Shown: positions 41,064-53,548 of the stretch, piece after piece
How the letters are laid out: each line of letters starts with the position of its first letter
Position numbering within the stretch: position 1 is the first letter of the stretch
Assembly: GCF_001194135.2 (NCBI RefSeq)
Contig: NC_068982.1
Span: 157,743,427-157,807,426 of the forward strand
Length of the DNA stretch: 64,000 nt
Reading direction: 5' to 3'
Origin: Octopus bimaculoides
Taxonomy: Eukaryota
The notes under the pieces: model-generated
The model's input: the letters and a program-made list of their open reading frames with translations, nothing else
Told to the model about the DNA's origin: nothing
Databases searched by the model: none
Translations under genes and position numbers: made by a program

Positions 41064-42061
41064 AAGCCATGATGTTAATTATCAGTTAAAGGGGAAAGAT
41101 ACTAAGAAACGTAAGATGCTAATACAGGGAAAATTTATTAGGGGCACGATGGAAGAACGTTTATAAACAATATTTTTATGTTGTTTAAAATACAATTTAA
41201 GAATTCCAAATTGTTATCATAACCAAAATAGCTAAAAGGTATGTATGAATCAATTATAAACATTAAAAAGGTAGATTATGTAGAATCAGTTTAATAGCCA
41301 ATTTTGTACTTAATTAACTAATTATTAGATGGTTTCTATAAAGACTACTCAAGGAACCTACATACAGAATATATATATTACCCAAAGAAATTCCAACTTT
41401 GATTTTCACGTTATATTTGGAATCTTATAATAATATAATATAATATGATATAATGAAATATAGAATATCAAATGTCCATTTTGATTGAACTAGTACTTTC
41501 ATGCATTAAACTATGCAATCTTCAAGTTCATGCAGTAGTGATGACAGTTATGTTTTACAATTTACAACTGTAGTGAGATGGCTAAACTGTATGCCTTAAA
41601 TACATTTGTATAGACTCCAGAATGTTAATTTTTGCAAACTGTATTCTGACCAATCAGTTTGTGGTTTTACTGAATTGCTTAAGTTGATTGGCATTTGGAT
41701 TAGGCGTCACAGCTTGTTGAACATGTCAAGAGACTTGTATTTTGACCCTGGCCAAAGCAGTAATTGTTGGGATTTTTACATTGCAATTACAACCATCACC
41801 ATTATCATCTCCTTTATTGTTGTTGTTGTTGTTGTTGTTGCTGCTGTTGTTGTTTTTGTTGTCGTTGTTGTTGTTGTTTGTGGTGATGGAGGGAGTAACT
41901 GTGGTAATAGAACTATAAACCCCAAAATGAGATTCTTTTTGCTCACTTTTCTCTTGACTAAGGTAGCATTTTCCTGCTATCGTCATCATGAACATCTTTA
42001 GTATTGTTGTTGTTAATGGTAGTGGTCGTAGCAGTAGAAATAGTACCTCTAAGTATTAGTA

Positions 42062-42530
42062 TTATTGTTTATTTAGCTTGAGTTGGAATTTATTAATAAA
42101 GTTCTTTTCTCTGATTTTTCTTTCAATTTCACATGGACTGTGTAGTTTGTAGAATGGAAATATTATAGATATTTTCCGATTACATGTTTTTGCTAGATGG
42201 TGACTCAAAAGAATCTGACGGACATCTGGGACTCTAATTTGCTGTCGGTGTACATTTCCAGTCTGACCTACATATAGGTTCTTCACAATTCGGACATTTG
42301 ATGCAGTAAATTAAATTTCTGCTTGTACACTTCATACTAGCGTTTGTGAATATGTTTTCCGATTTTTGTGTTCATATATCGGCCGGTATGCATGAATTGG
42401 CATGTGGCACATTGGCTATCATTGCATTTAGATACATTGAAACATTGATCTTTGTTGCTAATGTCAAACTTTGCCTTTGTTAATAAAGTTTTGTGTCAAG
42501 TTGGGTTAAAACACTACAGAAATTTATGAA
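42062..42530 (-). mobile_element. Penelope-like element (Neptune-type) remnant: Cys-rich linker and GIY-YIG
   Basis: ORF 42062-42286 (LYVGQTG..HRQQIR..LSHHL..FPFYKL..R..REKNFI). Upstream broken frames give AKFDI..SKCNDSQCATCQF and CTSRNLIYCIKCPNC. Confidence 0.8.
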
Positions 42531-42541
42531 ATTTATATATA

Positions 42542-42789
42542 GGTGGAGTCGCGTGGCTTAGTGGTTAGGGTGCCAGCATCATCATCGTGAGATTGTGGTT
42601 TCGATTCCGGGACCGAGTGACGCGTTGTGTTCTTGAGCAAAACACTTCATTTCACGTTGCTCCAGTTCACTCAGCTGGCAAAAATGAGTAACGTTGCGAT
42701 GGACTGGCGTCCCGTTCAGCTGGAGAACACATACGCCATTGAAACCGGGAAACCGGGCCCATGAACATGGCTAGGCTTTAAAAGGGCGC

Positions 42790-42790
<1 letters not shown>
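42542..42790 (+). mobile_element. SINE family D, full length: tRNA head, CORE-like block, V-domain-like block
   Basis: A box TGGCTTAGTGG, B box GGTTTCGATTCC, ttgtgttcttgagcaaaacactt and gcgatggactggcgtcccgttcag. Flanked by atttatatata at 42531-42541 and 42790-42800 (possible TSD). Confidence 0.85.
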
Positions 42791-42848
<58 letters not shown>

Positions 42849-43433
42849 ATACACATACACACGTATTCTTACACACGCATACTAACGCAAACACATAAAC
42901 ACTCATGCGCTAGCATAAACTAATATACAATCAAATTCATACTCACACGTTCGCACACTAACTTCGCCTCATTGATAAATACATGCACAAAAAATACACA
43001 GAAGCACATGCACAAGCGCACACACATTCACAGACATGCACACACGCACACAAATATAAACACACATTAAAACAGACGTACAGTCACCTTCCCACATACG
43101 CAACGTCACATTCACACTTATTGAAATTTAAATACACAGACACACACACACACACACACACACACGCTCACACGCACACACGCTGACACATACAAACATG
43201 CACACACAAATACACATACACGGGCACACCAACGCGCACAAAATCAACTTCTTAGAGTATGTGTGTGTGTGTACACGTACACACGCACTAAGTAAGAGAC
43301 AATCACAAATTTACATAATAAATTTCATGTAGATACATATCCGCACGTACGTGCGCGCGCGCCCGAACACACACATACACACAAATACATACACGCACAC
43401 AACCCCATACATATACTCACACATACATTCGCG

Positions 43434-43475
<42 letters not shown>

Positions 43476-43919
43476 TTTTATGCACTAGCGCACGCAAGCC
43501 CATGTTATACTGTAAAACTTGATTTCCGTGGAAAATTTGTTATTTTCAGAACTGAACTGAGAGGCAAAAATGAAATGAAATAAATGAAAAGTGGATGGAA
43601 GTACAAAGATGTAATTAACAGGACGGAAAGAGGAGGAAGGGGAGGAAGAGGAGGAGGAGGGGGAAAGCAAAGCGGTGAGTGGAATAGTAAGGGGAGGTAA
43701 GCGGGATGATAGTGTGGACTAAGAGTAAATAGTGTCTAATTAGAACCAAAAATTTCGAAAGCCGTAGCGGAGGGAGTTTCACGATCTCACCCCACACAAC
43801 AAAAGATAAATATATAGATGAATAGATAAATAAATAAATACAACTGTTTTCTGCAGACACGTCTTAGTGGTTCACCAGTAGGTTTCCCTGATTAAGACGT
43901 CTCCACTCAAGACGCTCAA

Positions 43920-43964
43920 ACGTCTACACATACACCTTATATACATACACACGTATACACACAC

Positions 43965-44031
<67 letters not shown>

Positions 44032-44043
44032 CATACATGCATG

Positions 44044-44085
<42 letters not shown>

Positions 44086-44577
44086 GTATGTTTGCATGTA
44101 TACATACATATATGTATGTACGTATGTATGTATATAAGGTGTATATGTAAATGTTTGAACGTCTTGAGTAGCATATATACATACATGCACACACATATAC
44201 GTACATATATACATACATACATACATACATACATGCATACATACATACATACATGCATACATACATACATGCATACATGCATGCATACATACATACATAA
44301 ATACATACATACATGTAGATGCGTACACACATGTACGTGCATATATTCACAACTGGATATGGACGGATGCGTGTGTACAAATATGCACATACCTGCGTGA
44401 GATGTGTGTGCATTTTAGGGACAAGCAAAGCACTTGCATGCTCGAACACACAGACATACGTAGTCTATCATCGTCGGTTTTTGCGTATGTTCGTGTGTGC
44501 TTGTGTGTGTTCACGTTTGGGCAAGCGTATCACTTCACACCTAGTGCATTGATTTGTCTGTCTGTCGCTCTCTCTCA

Positions 44578-44613
<36 letters not shown>

Positions 44614-44860
44614 ATATATATATATATATATAATCACTATCTCTGCTTCTCTCTCCCTCTGTTTCTCTCTCTCTTTCTCTCTCTCTCTTTCTCTCTCTGT
44701 CTCTGTCTGTCTGTCTCTCTCTCCGCATATGCATATGTCTGTGTGACTGTGTATGTGCGAGTGCGTGCGTGTGTGTCTGTGCTTGCTTGAGTATGTATAT
44801 ATGTGTGCGTATATATGCACATTTATATGCATAGAATGAGAAAGGCGTATTCAGTATAGT

Positions 44861-44907
<47 letters not shown>
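43920..44907. repeat. Compound CA/TA/CATA/CTAT/CT microsatellite field
   Basis: Directly visible. Confidence 0.9.
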
Positions 44908-45824
44908 NNNNNNNNNNNNNNNNNNNNNNNNNNNNNNNNNNNNNNNNNNNNNNNNNNNNNNNNNNNNNNNNNNNNNNNNNNNNNNNNNNNNNNNNNNNNN
45001 NNNNNNNNNNNNNNNNNNNNNNNNNNNNNNNNNNNNNNNNNNNNNNNNNNNNNNNNNNNNNNNNNNNNNNNNNNNNNNNNNNNNNNNNNNNNNNNNNNNN
45101 NNNNNNNNNNNNNNNNNNNNNNNNNNNNNNNNNNNNNNNNNNNNNNNNNNNNNNNNNNNNNNNNNNNNNNNNNNNNNNNNNNNNNNNNNNNNNNNNNNNN
45201 NNNNNNNNNNNNNNNNNNNNNNNNNNNNNNNNNNNNNNNNNNNNNNNNNNNNNNNNNNNNNNNNNNNNNNNNNNNNNNNNNNNNNNNNNNNNNNNNNNNN
45301 NNNNNNNNNNNNNNNNNNNNNNNNNNNNNNNNNNNNNNNNNNNNNNNNNNNNNNNNNNNNNNNNNNNNNNNNNNNNNNNNNNNNNNNNNNNNNNNNNNNN
45401 NNNNNNNNNNNNNNNNNNNNNNNNNNNNNNNNNNNNNNNNNNNNNNNNNNNNNNNNNNNNNNNNNNNNNNNNNNNNNNNNNNNNNNNNNNNNNNNNNNNN
45501 NNNNNNNNNNNNNNNNNNNNNNNNNNNNNNNNNNNNNNNNNNNNNNNNNNNNNNNNNNNNNNNNNNNNNNNNNNNNNNNNNNNNNNNNNNNNNNNNNNNN
45601 NNNNNNNNNNNNNNNNNNNNNNNNNNNNNNNNNNNNNNNNNNNNNNNNNNNNNNNNNNNNTATGTGTGTATATATGTGTGTGTGTGTGAATGTGTAGATA
45701 TAAGACATATGCAATTAGCCGCACAATTGTGAATAGAGTATTTATGCATACAATTAGAGATCTAATGTTATATATATTGTAATGAGACCAGAGGCCGAAT
45801 TCATTCAGTCAACTGTAGTCTCCC

Positions 45825-46012
45825 CCCTCTCTCTCTTCCTCTCTCTCTTCCTCTCTCTCTTCCTCTCTCTCTCTCTTCCTCTCTCTCTCTTCCTCTCTCT
45901 CTCTCTCTCTTCCTCTCTCTCTCTTCCTCTCTCTCTCTCTCTCTCTCTTCCTCTCTCTCTCTCTTCCTCTCTCTATATCTCTCCTTCGTTCTCTCTCTTT
46001 CTCTTTCTCTCA
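45825..46012. repeat. Homopyrimidine (CT)n tract with higher-order ctctctcttc periodicity
   Basis: Directly visible; about 190 bp of near-pure pyrimidine strand. Confidence 0.9.
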
Positions 46013-47640
46013 CGAAAGTACATTGTAACACAATTTTAATAATGTAACTTACTGCTTAACATTTACTTATGTAAATTTAGATAAATATCTTTATATATTC
46101 TGAAATAAATATTCAGTTTTATTACAGAAAATATGTTACTGACAATTTGGGTCCAAATGATAATTTTATAAGAGCTGTGAATTTATGACTCAGTAAGCTT
46201 ATCGGGGACCTAAAACTTAACTGGCATACAGGAACATATATAACGAGTGTGTCTGTGTGCGTGTGTGTTACAGTTTGTCTATATATACGTACTGTACACA
46301 CTTTGACACCCCCCCCCCCCCCCCCACACACACACATAAACACACACAGAATCGCACACAAACAGAGTTGCACACACACATACATGTCTGTATATGTGCA
46401 TTTGTGTGTGTATGTTTGTATGTGTGTGTGTTTGTGTGTGTGTGTGTGTGCGTGTGCATGCATGCATCATGACAACCAAAGCAGCACTTTTCCTCACTTT
46501 ATATAATGGTCAACATATATTAATATTTCGGCGTTAGAATAGCTTATTCATAGCTGGCTAGATAAACAAACAAACGACAGTTATAACAAGCAAACACGAA
46601 TTTAGCGTTAACTTTGTCGAACTCTCATTGTATTTCTAATGGGAAATATCTAAGCTTCCTCTGTTTCAAAGGACTGCATAGCACATAGCATTGAGAAACA
46701 TATCTCTTCGCTGTGTCTCAAGTAACCAGCAATAACAATAGATTTATGTATTCTTGCTGTACATCTTAATCTTTCATCTGTGTCACTCTCCGCTTCTATT
46801 TCTCTCAACATAATCGTTGTGTATTTGATCTCCCCACACTACCTTAAGATAGCCTCTCTATGCATGCACACACATATACGTCTATGTATATGCGATATGT
46901 GTTTGTATGGATGTGTATGTGTATGCATAAATATATATCAACTAAATCTTAATTCATTACATATATACCACAAATCCCAAAGACGGTTGTGGGTTTCGTA
47001 TCAGAGAAACTGTACGCGAGACTGCATTAATTATTTTGCTTTTTCTTCAGATGGTAGGTGCGAATTGATATAAATATAGAGAAAGCTCCTTCGTTGGCTT
47101 TGAGCGTGCTTAGTTGTTGGTCAGATTTAAAACATCATGTGGATTACAGTTATTATTATTGGTATAGTAAATTTGACACTGCTACATAGCCCCACGCGTG
47201 GTTATTTTGCTTGTAGCTGGATATTTTATAGTTTCTTTTTATGTTTAGAATCTTAAAGATCGCGAGTGATTGTTATATAACTCAAAATGGCAGAATAGAA
47301 ATCCTTTTGGACACTAATGTTAAGGAATGAAGTTTCCACAAAGACCAAGATATGTTATGATGCATTTCTGTTTTAGTTGTAGTTTATACTTGACTAACGT
47401 ATAGTTATGCTTGTCTGAACGAAAACATGTGTTTTATCAACATGCTATTGAAAGAGTTTTCTTCGAGTTTCGTATAATCTATTTTAAATCATTATCAGGC
47501 AGTTTCTGTACACTAGTGTGATTATTCATTGTAAGAGCCTTGATAGTGAGTAAACAGAGTACGACATAACTGAGTCTGCAATCAAATAGATATCTTTGAT
47601 TAGTCAGTGTATATATAGATCGCTAGCCGCTAAACCTTTC

Positions 47641-47798
47641 TATTTACTCTCCCTGTTTATTTCTGTATTCCTTTCTGTCGAAGAGCGTAGGCTCGAAATG
47701 TAAAAGACTTTCTCACTTCCCGAGCGTTAAACTAATACATCTGCTTGTTGTTTCCACACCCGTGTTCGTCTTTTTTTTTTGTAAATTCTCACTATATA
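47641..47798 (+). mobile_element. Probable Penelope-type pseudo-LTR remnant containing a hammerhead-like motif
   Basis: Hammerhead-like motif followed by a T-rich 3' end (ttgttgtttccacacc..tttttgtaaattctcactatata). No ORF remains, so the assignment rests on the motif. Confidence 0.5.
47671..47706 (+). ncRNA. Degenerate minimal type-I hammerhead ribozyme motif
   Basis: cttt CTGTCGA a gagc-gtag-gctc GAAA tg t a aaag. Stem I is cttt/aaag and stem II is a perfect gagc/gctc with a tetraloop. Core A6>U and ACGT>ATGT changes suggest it is inactive. Confidence 0.55.
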
Positions 47799-47891
47799 TT
47801 CTTTTATTCGTTTCAATCATTTTAACTGCGGCCATGCTGGAGCACCGCCTTTAGCCGAGCAAAACGACCCCATGACTTATTCTTTGTAAGC
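47799..47891 (-). mobile_element. SINE family A, 3' end running into a gap
   Basis: gcggccatgctggagcaccgcctttagccgagcaaaacgacccc..gacttattctttgtaagc. Confidence 0.85.
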
Positions 47892-48760
47892 NNNNNNNNN
47901 NNNNNNNNNNNNNNNNNNNNNNNNNNNNNNNNNNNNNNNNNNNNNNNNNNNNNNNNNNNNNNNNNNNNNNNNNNNNNNNNNNNNNNNNNNNNNNNNNNNN
48001 NNNNNNNNNNNNNNNNNNNNNNNNNNNNNNNNNNNNNNNNNNNNNNNNNNNNNNNNNNNNNNNNNNNNNNNNNNNNNNNNNNNNNNNNNNNNNNNNNNNN
48101 NNNNNNNNNNNNNNNNNNNNNNNNNNNNNNNNNNNNNNNNNNNNNNNNNNNNNNNNNNNNNNNNNNNNNNNNNNNNNNNNNNNNNNNNNNNNNNNNNNNN
48201 NNNNNNNNNNNNNNNNNNNNNNNNNNNNNNNNNNNNNNNNNNNNNNNNNNNNNNNNNNNNNNNNNNNNNNNNNNNNNNNNNNNNNNNNNNNNNNNNNNNN
48301 NNNNNNNNNNNNNNNNNNNNNNNNNNNNNNNNNNNNNNNNNNNNNNNNNNNNNNNNNNNNNNNNNNNNNNNNNNNNNNNNNNNNNNNNNNNNNNNNNNNN
48401 NNNNNNNNNNNNNNNNNNNNNNNNNNNNNNNNNNNNNNNNNNNNNNNNNNNNNNNNNNNNNNNNNNNNNNNNNNNNNNNNNNNNNNNNNNNNNNNNNNNN
48501 NNNNNNNNNNNNNNNNNNNNNNNNNNNNNNNNNNNNNNNNNNNNNNNNNNNNNNNNNNNNNNNNNNNNNNNNNNNNNNNNNNNNNNNNNNNNNNNNNNNN
48601 NNNNNNNNNNNNNNNNNNNNNNNNNNNNNNNNNNNNNNNNNNNNNNNNNNNNNNNNNNNNNNNNNNNNNNNNNNNNNNNNNNNNNNNNNNNNNNNNNNNN
48701 NNNNNNNNNNNNNNNNNNNNNNNNNNNNNNNNNNNNNNNNNNNNNNNNNNNNNNNNNNNC

Positions 48761-49103
48761 CGAGGTCGACTTTGCCTTTCGTCCTTTCGGGGTCGATAAA
48801 TTAAGTACCAGTTGCGCACTGGGGTCGATCTAATCCACTTAATTCCTTTGTCTGTCCTTGTTTGTCCCCTCCACGTTTAGCCCCTTGTGGGCAATAAAGA
48901 AATAAGAAACGTTAGCACGCCAGGCGAAGTGTTTCATGGTATTTCGTCTGTCTTTACGTTCTGAATTCAAATGCCACCGAGGTCGACTTTGCCTTTCATC
49001 CTGTCGGAATTGATAAATTAGGTACCACTTGCGTACTTGGGTCGATCTAATCGGCTGCCCCCTCCCCCAAAATTTCAAATCTTCTGCTTAGAGTAGAAAA
49101 GAC
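48761..49103 (+). mobile_element. SINE family C dimer: alternative-tail variant (C2, 48761-48908) fused to a head-truncated C copy (48909-49103)
   Basis: ..ccccttgtgggcaataaagaaataagaa|acgttagcacgcc..; both units share the gaggtcgactttgcctttc core. Confidence 0.9.
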
Positions 49104-49365
49104 TATTTAACAGTTTAATTTCATCAAATAATTTGATCGATTTCATGGATATAGGAAAACCGATACATACATAATCAAATAAAGGAGCTAATATTGTTAT
49201 TACTGAGAATATGATTGTTGTTATTGCTTTTCAGTTGTTGTTTTACTTACGCTCCTATTGTTACTAACGTTATTTATTTTCTATTCCATCAGATATGCCG
49301 ACATTCATATACGCGCATACATTTAAATCACTCACTTATCTCCCTCTCTCTCTCTCTCTTTCTGA

Positions 49366-49425
<60 letters not shown>

Positions 49426-50237
49426 GTCTGTCTGTCTGTCTATCTATTTATCTACCTGNNNNNNNNNNNNNNNNNNNNNNNNNNNNNNNNNNNNNNNNNN
49501 NNNNNNNNNNNNNNNNNNNNNNNNNNNNNNNNNNNNNNNNNNNNNNNNNNNNNNNNNNNNNNNNNNNNNNNNNNNNNNNNNNNNNNNNNNNNNNNNNNNN
49601 NNNNNNNNNNNNNNNNNNNNNNNNNNNNNNNNNNNNNNNNNNNNNNNNNNNNNNNNNNNNNNNNNNNNNNNNNNNNNNNNNNNNNNNNNNNNNNNNNNNN
49701 NNNNNNNNNNNNNNNNNNNNNNNNNNNNNNNNNNNNNNNNNNNNNNNNNNNNNNNNNNNNNNNNNNNNNNNNNNNNNNNNNNNNNNNNNNNNNNNNNNNN
49801 NNNNNNNNNNNNNNNNNNNNNNNNNNNNNNNNNNNNNNNNNNNNNNNNNNNNNNNNNNNNNNNNNNNNNNNNNNNNNNNNNNNNNNNNNNCCCACACGCA
49901 CACACACACACACATATATATTCACATATGAATATATATACACATATATATATACAAACACACACACATATAAAAATATATATATAAATATCAGTACATG
50001 TGCATGGTTACACATACACACACATGCGCACGCGGGCGCACACACACACACATATATAGGAATGTACACATATAAATGTATGTGTTCGTTATACTGCATA
50101 CGTGTGTTAATGTGCTTCTGAATGTGTACACATGTGGAATGTCTATGTGTGTAGTCTTTGCGTGCGCATATGTTCGTGCACGCAAATGTACATACATGTG
50201 TATGGGCCCACGCGTTTACGTGTATGCTCGTATCTAC

Positions 50238-50278
<41 letters not shown>

Positions 50279-50507
50279 CGCGCGTGCGCATTTCGCAACG
50301 GTTTTTCTCAAACTTTTGCCACTTCACATTAAATGGATATCAATGAGCTTTTAATTGTCGGTTTTATAAAACATCAATTCAATTAGACAGATTGAAATCA
50401 GTCGGTTTTATACGGGAATACTGATGAAGAAAAATACACTTCATGAACGTATGTGCATCGACGTATTCACACACANNNNNNNNNNATGAACGTGTGTGCA
50501 TCGACGT

Positions 50508-50551
<44 letters not shown>

Positions 50552-51334
50552 TATATCACACGAACGCGCACGTAGACTCTCATACAAACATTTACTACAT
50601 TTGTTGTCTTATAGATATTGAGAGATGTCCACAGTGCACCGTACATACACACATCCACGGATGTGCACACGTACAGGCAGACATCAGTAACGTTGGAAAC
50701 GAATGAGGGTTCAAAAAATTATTGAGAAAATGCCCTAATAAAAAATCATATATGCACACATATATACATATGCGTGTGTGTGAGTGTGTGTGTACATACC
50801 TGCATATATATATATGTATGAATGGATGCATGTATGTATGTATTTGTATGTGTGTGTATGTATGTATATATATATATATATATATNNNNNNNNNNNNNNN
50901 NNNNNNNNNNNNNNNNNNNNNNNNNNNNNNNNNNNNNNNNNNNNNNNNNNNNNNNNNNNNNNNNNNNNNNNNNNNNNNNNNNNNNNNNNNNNNNNNNNNN
51001 NNNNNNNNNNNNNNNNNNNNNNNNNNNNNNNNNNNNNNNNNNNNNNNNNNNNNNNNNNNNNNNNNNNNNNNNNNNNNNNNNNNNNNNNNNNNNNNNNNNN
51101 NNNNNNNNNNNNNNNNNNNNNNNNNNNNNNNNNNNNNNNNNNNNNNNNNNNNNNNNNNNNNNNNNNNNNNNNNNNNNNNNNNNNNNNNNNNNNNNNNNNN
51201 NNNNNNNNNNNNNNNNNNNNNNNNNNNNNNNNNNNNNNNNNNNNNNNNNNNNNNNNNNNNNNNNNNNNNTATTACACCAATAGTAATATAAACATCAGTG
51301 ATGAAATTATTCATAATAAAAAATATCAATGACA

Positions 51335-51338
51335 ACAA

Positions 51339-51423
<85 letters not shown>

Positions 51424-52253
51424 TATTATTATTATAGTAATTATGATGATGACGACGACGACGATAATAATGGTGATGATAAAGATGATGATGAAAAATA
51501 CGAGGTGTGATAGGAGGGGGAGACTGATGAAGATGTTAATAATCACCATGACGTCGATGATGATGATGATGATGATGGAGAGAAGGATGATGATGGTGGT
51601 GGCGTTGGTATTTGGAGTCTTCGTAGTAGTAGTGTTGGCGACGGAGATGATGGCGTTGATGACAGTGTTGGCGGTGATGGTGGTGATGCCGGTGATGGTG
51701 GTGATGGTGGTGATGATGACGTTGATGGCAGCAGTGGTCGTAGTGGTAGTGGTGGTGGTGGTGGTGGTGTTGTGAAATTTGTGGCAGTGATGTAGGATGT
51801 AGGTGTGGTGGCGTTAATGACAATAAAAACGAACGTCTCCAATTGACTACTTGTCAAACACACGAGACACATCTCAATGGAAGAGACGGTCTGAACGAAA
51901 GTACAGAAAAGATAAATAAGAATCGAAAATAAAATTTAAAAAAAAAAATTATTACAACATATTTCGCAAAAATCGAAGTAACACTTAAACACTCTGCGTT
52001 ATTCTCGAGTTAAATACACTGTCGTTATCTCAGCTGAAATCACCACCACCACTGCCGCCGCCACCGCTGCCGCCCCACGTCACCGCGTCCCTACGCCCCC
52101 CGTGACCCCGCCGCATCCCCCCCGCCGCCACCGTCATCACCTTCATCATCGTCATTAACGGCTTTGTCGTCTTCGTCGATATAATCATCCTCATTATTGT
52201 CCTTAATACCGACATCATCATCACCATCGTTTTCATCGTTGTCGTCGTCGTCG

Positions 52254-52291
<38 letters not shown>

Positions 52292-52419
52292 TTCATCATC
52301 ATTATCATCATCGTCATCATCGTCAACGTCGTTGTCGTCGTCGTCGTCATCGTTATCGTCATCATCATTGTCATCATCAACATCATCATCATCCTCCCCC
52401 CTCCTCCTCCTCCTCCTCC

Positions 52420-52457
<38 letters not shown>

Positions 52458-52530
52458 GTCACCGTCGTCACATCGTTGTCACCATCGTCGTCGTCGTCGA
52501 CATCACCATCATCATTGTCATCATCATCGA
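51335..52530. repeat. (AAT), (GAT)/(GGT), (CAT)/(CGT)/(CCT) trinucleotide fields with a short GC-rich patch at about 52040-52135
   Basis: Directly visible. Confidence 0.9.
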
Positions 52531-53305
52531 ATGTCATGTGGAAAAATAATTGATTTTACGTATCGATATCATTGATTGCTCCAAGATTTGGGATGTCCGA
52601 GTAGTGATAGCATCGTTTCAAACCCGATGGGTTGCAAAGATACGAATATAGTAACAGAACCTCTATGCATTTCTTCGAAAAGCTATTTAACCTACATCGC
52701 TATCAACTTATGCCAATTATTACCTTGACAAGAAATAACCACTATGAGAGTAATCGACATGCTAGAAACAGTAGCCAGACACTCTCAAAACACAGACTAC
52801 CTTCTTAAATAAAGGAGGTTACATTGGACAACGTAGTTCCTAATATACAATTAAATGGGGGGCGGGTTCATCACGACTGGAGTTATTTAATTCTGGCCGG
52901 TAATGCACTAAAGTTCAGCCTCGATGTTTGATTTTCATTCGGTTTTTCGGTACCATCTGATACATAATGTCCGATATACTATTTCACATTATTTTCATCC
53001 ATTGCAAGATACCCATCACAAAGCAGACATCTGATTCATTCAAAAGGGCTTACTTTCATTGACTTTGTCATAGGTCTTCTGGTCATTGAAATTGTTACAC
53101 TTTGCTGTTATTCGGCACTTCAGGCTATTCACAGAGAAGCAAAATTAAAATATACTTTCTGACATTTCTGTAATTATTCCTCTCACTTCCAGTCACACAT
53201 AGTTTCAATGATACGCACTGTTCAGTACCGGCAACATTGGATTTGTCAATTACTGTGTATAATTTGTTGTGTGTATAAAGCCTAATAAGATATTAATAAT
53301 AGCAG

Positions 53306-53495
53306 TAGCACGCCAGGAGAAATGCTTAGTGGCATTTCATCAATCTTCACTTTCTCTGTTCAAAGGCTGTTAGGGTAGACTTTGCCTTTCATCCTTCCGT
53401 TGTCAATAAAATAAATACCAGTTGAGCACTGAGGTCGATGTAATCGATTTGTTCCTTCCCTCGAAATTACTGGCCTGGTGCAAAATTTTGAAATA
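53306..53495 (+). mobile_element. SINE family C copy with (AAT)n tail
   Basis: tagcacgccaggagaaatgcttag..gactttgcctttcatcc..ataaaataaataccagttgagcactgaggtcgatgtaatcga. Confidence 0.8.
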
Positions 53496-53548
53496 AATGA
53501 TAATAATAATATTAATAATAATAGTAATTATAATAATAATAATAATAA

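Noticed and set aside
43857-43877. 21-nt microexon (TRLSGSP) between ttttctgcag and gtaggt
   Set aside because: The pyrimidine tract is short within purine-rich sequence and there is no independent support.
49262-49330. Perfect TACTAAC branch point and acceptor at 49291
   Set aside because: No GT donor occurs before the sequence enters CT/CTAT microsatellite and a gap.
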